IMG/VR virus record: IMGVR_UViG_3300028599_000003
DNA length: 40,662 bases
Reading direction: 5' to 3' (one strand)
Source: a virus
Each line of letters opens with the position of its first letter. Position 1 is the first letter of the stretch. This document shows, in pieces, positions 29,898 to 36,095 of the stretch. The notes beneath the pieces were generated by a model that had not been told where the DNA came from, ran no database searches, and saw only the letters and a program-made list of their open reading frames with translations. The position numbers were made by a program, and so were the translations under genes.

Positions 29898-30097
29898 TGC
29901 TTAGGTAGGAACTCTAACTGCACTTGCTAAATGCAAACAACTTGTGCTAAAAAAAAGAAAGTACGGGTATGTATGCATAGCAAAGCTGAGTAGTGTACTA
30001 CTACTTTGTCTACGTCAGGTATCTACTGAATATCAATACATCATTGAATTGTTTGTATTCATCAGTAGTATATATATGATGGACAGAGTATCAGTAC
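29898..30097 (+). ncRNA. Candidate structured non-coding RNA (three-way junction plus long rod)
   Basis: Nested stems with G.U pairs, e.g. ACTTGTGCT/AGTACGGGT, TACTTTGTC/GACAGAGTA, CTACTGA/TCAGTAG. Confidence 0.45.
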
Positions 30098-30100
30098 TAA

Positions 30101-30132
30101 AGGCATTTTTCAATGCCTCTGCTCCCAAACTA
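30101..30132 (+). promoter_or_regulatory. Hairpin (TTTC loop) plus conserved box, copy 2; candidate early promoter
   Basis: AGGCATT-TTTC-AATGCC-TCTGCTCCCAAACTA. Confidence 0.6.
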
Positions 30133-30215
30133 TAATTAGCGGGATAAGCCGTTTAACCTTTTCAGTAATAGCCTTATCACTATTATAATCAAATTAATAT
30201 TTAAATAATTACATT

Positions 30216-30677
30216 ATGAACAATTTAGTAACAGTACGCAAGAATGAAGACGGAACATTTATCTCTAAGACTAAGAACAATGACATAGGATTTGTCATCT
30301 ATGAGCAAAAGGCCGTTGAACTTAGAAATGGCTGGTATGCAGATAAATCTTTGTCAGCATTAGTATTAGGACCAATAGCTCTGCTTGAGTCTATGGACCA
30401 TTCTAAACCATTAACCGGTAAGATTATTGTGCGTGAGCAACTTGAACCATTCAATGAGAAAGACCTAACATACAAATTAAAGTATGCTGGTGACTCTGGA
30501 ATAGTATGTATGCAAGGAGATAGTGCTATTTATAGAACTACTGAGTTTACTGCTGACCTTAATGCTCAGTCTACGTTTATTCAGCACACTAATAGTGCTG
30601 AGATACGTGAGGCTAACAACTCTACTGTAGCTGTAGAGAGCTTGAATGCGTTTAAGCAGGAAACTGTAGAAGCGTAA
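30216..30677 (+). CDS. Early protein, tail-less paralog of 34230-34817 (putative ssDNA-binding fold)
   Basis: Aligns end-to-end with the core of 34230-34817 (GKII..E.LEPF, LKYAGD.GI.C, IYR.TE.T, HTN...IR.AN). Confidence 0.7.
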   Translation: MNNLVTVRKNEDGTFISKTKNNDIGFVIYEQKAVELRNGWYADKSLSALVLGPIALLESMDHSKPLTGKIIVREQLEPFNEKDLTYKLKYAGDSGIVCMQGDSAIYRTTEFTADLNAQSTFIQHTNSAEIREANNSTVAVESLNAFKQETVEA

Positions 30678-30700
30678 TTGTAACATAGTAGCTTGTGGGT

Positions 30701-30734
30701 AGGCGTGCTTTTCAGCACGTCTGCTCCCAAACTA
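30701..30734 (+). promoter_or_regulatory. Hairpin (TTTC loop) plus conserved box, copy 3; candidate early promoter
   Basis: AGGCGTGCT-TTTC-AGCACG-TCTGCTCCCAAACTA. Confidence 0.6.
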
Positions 30735-30735
30735 T

Positions 30736-31261
30736 GATATGTATGGGAATATAGTAGTAATAGTATGGAATGTTACTAAAAACAAACCTAACTTACTAAC
30801 TATTGTTACATAGAGACAAAAACAATCAATTAAGTTATAAATACTGTGGTTATTTTATTTTATTTGGGTGTGTCTCTTTCAATGGGAGGTCATATACCCA
30901 CAAAATACCACCTTTTACCACTCTTATAACTATCACTGTTACTAATAATATAAATATAGCTAACGTTACTACAAGAGTAACTATTACGCACAACAATACA
31001 ACAAGGGTAGTCTTTGTCTCTTCCTCTATAGGATAAGAGTCATATTACCCGCAATATCAAAACAGGCACATAGACAAATACCTGTATAAACATGGTTGGT
31101 CTCATCCAGTAAGCTGCTGGCGTAAGAGAGAACTTACAGTAATCTAAACTCATTACATAGATTAAGTGTAGTAAGACAAAATAAAGATCAAGACGTTGGT
31201 CATCCTACTGTCACATAGATGACAGCTTGTTAATGCTTTGTCAGCAGGGAAGCTACACTTA
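30736..31261 (+). ncRNA. Candidate long structured non-coding RNA or leader
   Basis: No credible ORF over about 620 nt; nested long-range stems (see findings). Confidence 0.4.
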
Positions 31262-31299
31262 TATCTATATTATTAATAATCCTTAGAACCTAAACCATT

Positions 31300-31647
31300 A
31301 TGCAAATCAAATCAGAATCCAAGTTACCAAACACTGTATTAACTATAAGGTTAAATACAGCAAAAGAAATGTTTGACTTCCATGAAGTTACACATAGCCA
31401 CTCAGAGTATGAAACTAAATGGGATGAGTTGAACGAAAAGTTACATGAGTATAAAAGTGTAGATATTCTTTCACATGTATTCATTCAGTATCTACCATTA
31501 GATGAGCAACCCAAGAATGGAGACTTGATATGTACAATACATTTGTGGTGTGAGGATTTTGAAAAACTAAGTTATCTTGAGTCAGAGATAACTAAAAGAA
31601 TATCATCAGTATTAACAGTTACATGGCCTTGGGAAAGGTGTAACTAA
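31300..31647 (+). CDS. Hypothetical early protein
   Basis: 115 aa, ATG with A-rich leader. Confidence 0.7.
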   Translation: MQIKSESKLPNTVLTIRLNTAKEMFDFHEVTHSHSEYETKWDELNEKLHEYKSVDILSHVFIQYLPLDEQPKNGDLICTIHLWCEDFEKLSYLESEITKRISSVLTVTWPWERCN

Positions 31648-31729
31648 AACTAATTGCTAATACCATAACTAGTGGGAATGTCTCAACAATACCAATAAGA
31701 CCACAGGTTGTGGTTATTAGCTTTATCAA

Positions 31730-31913
31730 TCTTAACCCGTGGCAACGGGAGTGCTGGGTGTCACTTTGTACACCAAGAGGAGTAGTTTGTCAGCTTAACC
31801 TCGTATGCGTTAGGGCCAACGTGCCTGTAAGGTTTGACAACCTGAAACCGTGTATTTGACTTGTCTGTGGTATATGTAACAGTCATCGTCAACCGGGTAA
31901 ACGGTCGTTAAGA
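31730..31913 (+). ncRNA. Candidate multibranch structured RNA
   Basis: GC-enriched; TCTTAAC/GTTAAGA closing stem enclosing seven short hairpins. Confidence 0.5.
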
Positions 31914-31958
31914 GGTAACCAGGCTCTTTATTTTTATTCACCTTAAATACTAAATATT

Positions 31959-32183
31959 ATGTCAAGCAAAATTTCAGAGTTACAAGTACTAAAGTCAGCA
32001 GCTGGTTATTACATAGGTCGTACAGAGAATGGTATGCCTTATGATCGTTTATCAGATTACTTCATAAACAAAGTTGATGCTGAATGGGCAATGAGCTTAG
32101 ATAAATATCAGGATGCCCTTGAGGGTAATTCGTCAAATGGATTAAATAACTATAATGATCCTCACTTAGGAGATATTATATAA
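31959..32183 (+). CDS. Hypothetical early protein
   Basis: 74 aa; LQVLKSAAGYYIG...PYDRLSDYF motif recalled from small proteins of other phages and mobile elements. Confidence 0.75.
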   Translation: MSSKISELQVLKSAAGYYIGRTENGMPYDRLSDYFINKVDAEWAMSLDKYQDALEGNSSNGLNNYNDPHLGDII

Positions 32184-32193
32184 CAAAACAATT

Positions 32194-32373
32194 ATGAAAA
32201 AGAAATTCTGTTACCTTATGCTATTCCTCTTTATAGGAGGACCAATACTTCAATCTTGTGGATCATCTCGTGGATGTAAAAACATGAGAAAATACCGTAA
32301 GAAAAGAAGTAAAACTTCATATGCATATCAAAATGCATTAATCATTAATCAATTAAATACTAAACTATCATGA
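32194..32373 (+). CDS. Small lipoprotein, absent from ORF track
   Basis: 59 aa MKKKFCYLMLFLFIGGPILQSC-GSSRGC...; basic N-terminus, hydrophobic core, LQSC lipobox; ATGA overlap with next gene. Confidence 0.65.
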   Translation: MKKKFCYLMLFLFIGGPILQSCGSSRGCKNMRKYRKKRSKTSYAYQNALIINQLNTKLS

Positions 32374-32681
32374 AATATTTATTCAAGTACCTCGTTAAAC
32401 TAATCTTTGTAGCTGTTATACCTATCGTTATGACAGTGATACTAGTCAATCTATTCTTTACAATGGATTGGTCACCTACTATGATTGCAATTGTTGCTAT
32501 CCTAACTATACTTACTTATGTTAATGCAATGTTTTACTCTATGCATATGAATAAAACATACTTATTACCCAGAATGAGGATAAGTACAAGACCTGGTATT
32601 GGTCTTGACATAGAGAAAGTACTACGTCATTGGGAATTAAGACTCCCTTTATTAACCGTAATTTTTCAAAGAAGAAAATAA
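32370..32681 (+). CDS. Two-TM membrane protein
   Basis: 103 aa with two hydrophobic helices and basic C-terminus. Confidence 0.7.
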   Translation: MKYLFKYLVKLIFVAVIPIVMTVILVNLFFTMDWSPTMIAIVAILTILTYVNAMFYSMHMNKTYLLPRMRISTRPGIGLDIEKVLRHWELRLPLLTVIFQRRK

Positions 32682-32833
32682 AAAGGCTCATATATGGACC
32701 ACTAACAACACCAGTAATATTATATCTATAATAACACTAGGTGTTAAGGCTGTGTCCTTAATCAAATCATAGACTATCACTGTTACATTTCATACTTGTT
32801 TGCAGTGTAGTCTATGATTACAATATAAAATCA

Positions 32834-33391
32834 ATGGCAAAACAATATAACGTACAAGGAGAGATACTTGAGGGTATCTTAGAAAACATATTTAATAAGC
32901 TTGCTGTAAGACAGCAAAAGAACTTATCTTCAATAAAAAATATAATATACAGAGAGCTAACAGAAGCTGCTTTAGAGTCTATTGTTCATCTTATGTTAAC
33001 TGATAAAACCTTCATACCTACTAAGATTGGTGATTATGTAAAAATGATACCACCAAAGTACCATGAGGGTAGTGAATTTGAAATAGATGTTCTACAAGAC
33101 ATGGGTCTATTGGGTACAGGAGATAAGTATAGTGAATATTATGTATATGCACGTGTTATAGATGACACATCTTGGGGCAGTGATCCATATAATCCGTTTC
33201 ATAGTCACTTAAAAGTTAACTTGATGTATCATGATGAGCACAAAACACTAAAACATTATGAAGCTCAAGTAAGTCCTTTGCATGCAACATATATAAACAA
33301 AAGATTTATACCTTTCTTTAAAGAAGAATATCAAACAGAACTAAAATTAGAAGAAAATGGCAAAGATATCAATGCAACTATTGAACTCTGA
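32834..33391 (+). CDS. Hypothetical protein
   Basis: 185 aa ORF. Confidence 0.75.
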   Translation: MAKQYNVQGEILEGILENIFNKLAVRQQKNLSSIKNIIYRELTEAALESIVHLMLTDKTFIPTKIGDYVKMIPPKYHEGSEFEIDVLQDMGLLGTGDKYSEYYVYARVIDDTSWGSDPYNPFHSHLKVNLMYHDEHKTLKHYEAQVSPLHATYINKRFIPFFKEEYQTELKLEENGKDINATIEL

Positions 33392-33569
33392 ACATAAATC
33401 ATGGTTAGAGATGGATAAATCTCTTAAAAAAGTCAAGGGTAAGAATATACCCTTTGGCAAGTATATGCAAGACAAATATGCTTTTCAAGAGAAAGACCTA
33501 GACAATGAGCCTGATACCAATATGGCTATGCTCATTATTATTAAAAATCACGTTGAAGAATTCAAATAG
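33357..33569 (+). CDS. Hypothetical protein
   Basis: 70 aa ORF in operon. Confidence 0.65.
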   Translation: MAKISMQLLNSEHKSWLEMDKSLKKVKGKNIPFGKYMQDKYAFQEKDLDNEPDTNMAMLIIIKNHVEEFK

Positions 33570-33801
33570 ATTTGGTATAGTTAAACATACAGTCTGTACA
33601 GATCCAGAATTGTCTATTCAAGCTAAAGGTTTATACAGTATTTTATGCTGCTATGCTAATAAGAATAGAATTTGCTGGCCATCTATTAGTACGCTAGCAG
33701 ATGACTGTGGCTCAAGTCAAACATCTGTCAAAAGATGGATAAAAGAGCTAAAATTACATAAATACATAAAAAGAGTAGGTCATAAACTAACAATATTATA
33801 G
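33505..33801 (+). CDS. Helix-turn-helix protein (HTH_36 / replication-initiator N-terminal-like)
   Basis: LSIQAKGLYSIL...CWPSISTLADDCGSSQTSVKRWIKEL...YI; true start may be in-frame TTG at 33553. Confidence 0.75.
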   Translation: MSLIPIWLCSLLLKITLKNSNRFGIVKHTVCTDPELSIQAKGLYSILCCYANKNRICWPSISTLADDCGSSQTSVKRWIKELKLHKYIKRVGHKLTIL

Positions 33802-33884
33802 TGCGTTAGCTATATTTATGCTTTTTATTTTTGAGTTAAGACTAATTACATTCTATATTTCTGACACAGGTTAAGTTATATTAT

Positions 33885-33892
33885 TATCTTTG
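33885..33892 (+). promoter_or_regulatory. Bacteroidota -7 box (TAnnTTTG)
   Basis: TATCTTTG about 20 nt upstream of ATG 33912. Confidence 0.5.
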
Positions 33893-33911
33893 AAAAACAT
33901 TTAATAAGATA

Positions 33912-34184
33912 ATGATAATACAACTTCCTAATGGCCGTGTAATAGAATGTTCTCTAGAACAGTACCTCTCTCTCTCAGATGAGGAGTACAATGATCTAAA
34001 TGGCCTTAGCTCCGCATACACAAAGGAAGTGGTTGATCCATGGTATAATAAGTTTGCAAAAAACACTGGTAAAGCTGAATCAGATGAAGGAACAGAAGAT
34101 GTTCAAGAGTATGAACCAGCACTAGATGAGATTGAAGCTTATGAAAAACTGGAAGACCCGTATTTTCACTCAGATGATAGTTAA
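33912..34184 (+). CDS. Acidic hypothetical protein
   Basis: 90 aa MIIQLPNGRVIECSLEQYL... Confidence 0.75.
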   Translation: MIIQLPNGRVIECSLEQYLSLSDEEYNDLNGLSSAYTKEVVDPWYNKFAKNTGKAESDEGTEDVQEYEPALDEIEAYEKLEDPYFHSDDS

Positions 34185-34229
34185 TCATCACACACAATTA
34201 TTTTATTAATCATTTAAATTTTATTAAAA

Positions 34230-34817
34230 ATGCAAAATCAAGTAGAAGTCCTAGCGGATGACATGGGAAATGTTGTGCGCTTAAGTAAGAACAACCCAGA
34301 GTATTCTTTCATTAGATTGGGTTACAAAAGTGTATCAATTGGTAAAGGAGGTTGGTTAAGAGAAAAGAATCTTACCACTCTTATCATGGGTACAACAGAG
34401 AATCTAACCTCTTATGCTAAAAATTTAGGTAAAACATTACCTGGTAAAATCATAGCAATTGAGTCATTAGAGCCATTCAGTAATACAAATCCAGATAGAG
34501 ACCTAAAATATGCAGGTGACACTGGTATTATTTGCTGTCAAGACGGACAACCTATTTATAGGAAAACAGAATATACTTATGATCAAGAAGCACAAGATAT
34601 TCTAGTAGAGCACACCAATGGTGATGCTATCCGTGCTGCTAATTCAGAAGCTTTTGAAGGTAGCAGTAAGTCTACCATTAAAGCAGGAACAACGGCTGAA
34701 GCTTTTGGTCTAAAAACAGAAGATACTACTGATGAAGTAGTTGAAGATGATATAGATGAAGTAGAAGACACAGTTGAAGAAGAAGTTTTAGAAGAAGAAG
34801 AAACTTTTGAACTGTAA
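34230..34817 (+). CDS. Putative single-stranded DNA-binding protein
   Basis: Beta-rich core plus long acidic tail ending ...EEEETFEL, the usual SSB architecture; own terminator. Confidence 0.55.
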   Translation: MQNQVEVLADDMGNVVRLSKNNPEYSFIRLGYKSVSIGKGGWLREKNLTTLIMGTTENLTSYAKNLGKTLPGKIIAIESLEPFSNTNPDRDLKYAGDTGIICCQDGQPIYRKTEYTYDQEAQDILVEHTNGDAIRAANSEAFEGSSKSTIKAGTTAEAFGLKTEDTTDEVVEDDIDEVEDTVEEEVLEEEETFEL

Positions 34818-34842
34818 TTAAATTGTAATTATGTTGTTATTA

Positions 34843-34872
34843 AGGCTGGGGTGTAAAAACCTCAGCCTATTT
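34843..34872 (+). terminator. Intrinsic terminator
   Basis: AGGCTGGGG-TGTAAAAA-CCTCAGCCT-ATTT. Confidence 0.7.
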
Positions 34873-34928
34873 AACGTTCCTTTCTCCAAATCCATAACTA
34901 AATTCATAACTAAATAAATTAAACAAGT

Positions 34929-35456
34929 ATGCTATCTAATGAACAAATATCTCAACTCAAACTCAATGAAAAACAAGATCTACTAAGTAAACGTATTGAG
35001 CGTTATCAATACTTAGGACTATTGGATGAATATCAATTGCATCCTCCTTCAATTATTAACTCTTTTGAGTATAATAAACTTAATCCATATCAACATTTTT
35101 TGTTTAAACGTGTATTACATGGCCTTAATGTTTATAAACCTGAAGAAGTTACTAAACTACACTGGGATAAGAAAAGACGCATTTCAAAAGTTTGGAAGCG
35201 TGGGCAAAGAGAAATCAATGCTTGGAAACAAACTCTTTGTAATAAAAGAATAAATACTTATCTTAGGAGAACATTTCCACACAGCCCTTTAGCTCTGTTT
35301 ATAGCTGATATTCCAGCTGAGGAAACGTTAGATGATTACAAAAACACAATGACTTTCAAAGACTTAGGTATATCTTATGAAGATATTATACTAAAGTTCA
35401 TGTCTGTGGGTTTGTTACCTAATAATTTTTTTACTATTAAATCAAATGGGAATTAA
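34929..35456 (+). CDS. Hypothetical protein
   Basis: 175 aa basic/helical ORF. Confidence 0.75.
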   Translation: MLSNEQISQLKLNEKQDLLSKRIERYQYLGLLDEYQLHPPSIINSFEYNKLNPYQHFLFKRVLHGLNVYKPEEVTKLHWDKKRRISKVWKRGQREINAWKQTLCNKRINTYLRRTFPHSPLALFIADIPAEETLDDYKNTMTFKDLGISYEDIILKFMSVGLLPNNFFTIKSNGN

Positions 35457-35715
35457 AAAAGTCTCAAGCAAAATGTCTAAATTAAATACTGCTTATAGCA
35501 AATTGCGTAGGCAGTATTTAACAGACAAACCAGTATGTCATGCAAAGATCCATAAGTGTTCTGTGCAAGCTACTGATGTCCATCATAAACATGGGCGTGG
35601 TGTATACTACTTAGATACATCTACATGGCTACCAGTGTGTAGGAATTGTCACATGTGGATAGAAGAACATCCAGAAGAATCTTATGAATTAGGATTTTCA
35701 GGCTCTAGAACATAA
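35446..35715 (+). CDS. Small HNH endonuclease-like protein
   Basis: C...C...ATDVHHKHGRG...LPVCRNCHMWIEEHP. Confidence 0.75.
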   Translation: MGIKKVSSKMSKLNTAYSKLRRQYLTDKPVCHAKIHKCSVQATDVHHKHGRGVYYLDTSTWLPVCRNCHMWIEEHPEESYELGFSGSRT

Positions 35716-35721
35716 ATTTAT

Positions 35722-35798
35722 GGTCCTATAGCTCAACTGGATAGAGCAACAGCCTTCTAAGCTGTAGGTTCTAGGTTCAAATCCTAGTGGGATCACCA
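35722..35798 (+). tRNA. trnR: tRNA-Arg(UCU)
   Basis: Cloverleaf GGTCCTA/TGGGATC, anticodon arm ACAGC-CT TCT AA-GCTGT, GGTTCAAATCC, encoded CCA. Confidence 0.95.
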
Positions 35799-35887
35799 GG
35801 CCGGATGATGGAATTGGTAGACATGACAGACTTAAAATCTGTTGAACTGGATAGTTCGTGTGGGTTCAAGTCCCACTCCGGCTACCA
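35799..35887 (+). tRNA. trnL: tRNA-Leu(UAA)
   Basis: GGCCGGA/TCCGGCT, ACAGA-CT TAA AA-TCTGT, long variable arm, encoded CCA. Confidence 0.95.
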
Positions 35888-35961
35888 GGACTCTTAGCTC
35901 AGTTGGTTAGAGCAAATCACTCATAATGATTAGGTCATAGGTTCAAGTCCTATAGGGTCCA
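35888..35961 (+). tRNA. tRNA with CAU anticodon, probably Ile2 (lysidine) rather than Met
   Basis: GGACTCT/AGGGTCC, AATCA-CT CAT AA-TGATT; body resembles bacterial tRNA-Ile2; ends A-CC-T (CCA incomplete). Confidence 0.85.
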
Positions 35962-35978
35962 CCTTTAAAAATAATTTT

Positions 35979-36095
35979 ATGAAACAAAATCACAAAGATA
36001 GGTTACTTAAGATAGTAGCTTGGACAATTATTTTATCAATAACAATAATATTATGGCAAACAATACTCCTGAGATTATTTCCACTAGAGAAATAG
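35979..36095 (+). CDS. Possible small membrane peptide
   Basis: 38 aa MKQNHKDRLLKIVAWTIILSITIILWQTILLRLFPLEK. Confidence 0.45.
   Translation: MKQNHKDRLLKIVAWTIILSITIILWQTILLRLFPLEK

Noticed and set aside
30025-30066. Hammerhead ribozyme on the minus strand (CTGATGA followed by a stem)
   Set aside because: The stem is followed by TGATA rather than GAAA and no stems I/III are evident; the sequence is better explained as part of the plus-strand rod.
29858-30734. CRISPR-like mini-array from the three TCTGCTCCC(A/C)AACTA boxes
   Set aside because: Repeats are only 15 nt, spacing is 260 and 602 nt, and one interval contains a gene.
29944-31036. ORFs 29944-30135 and 30803-31036 as genes
   Set aside because: GTG/TTG starts, atypical composition, and overlap with structured elements and the conserved box.
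31745-31930. RNase P RNA, pistol or HDV/theta ribozyme, TPP or lysine riboswitch identity for the structured segment
   Set aside because: Only fragments resemble them (GCTG-hairpin-GAGGA, TTAGGGCC, ACCTGA); the required conserved cores (e.g. GAGGAAAGUCC with its P4 partner) are missing.
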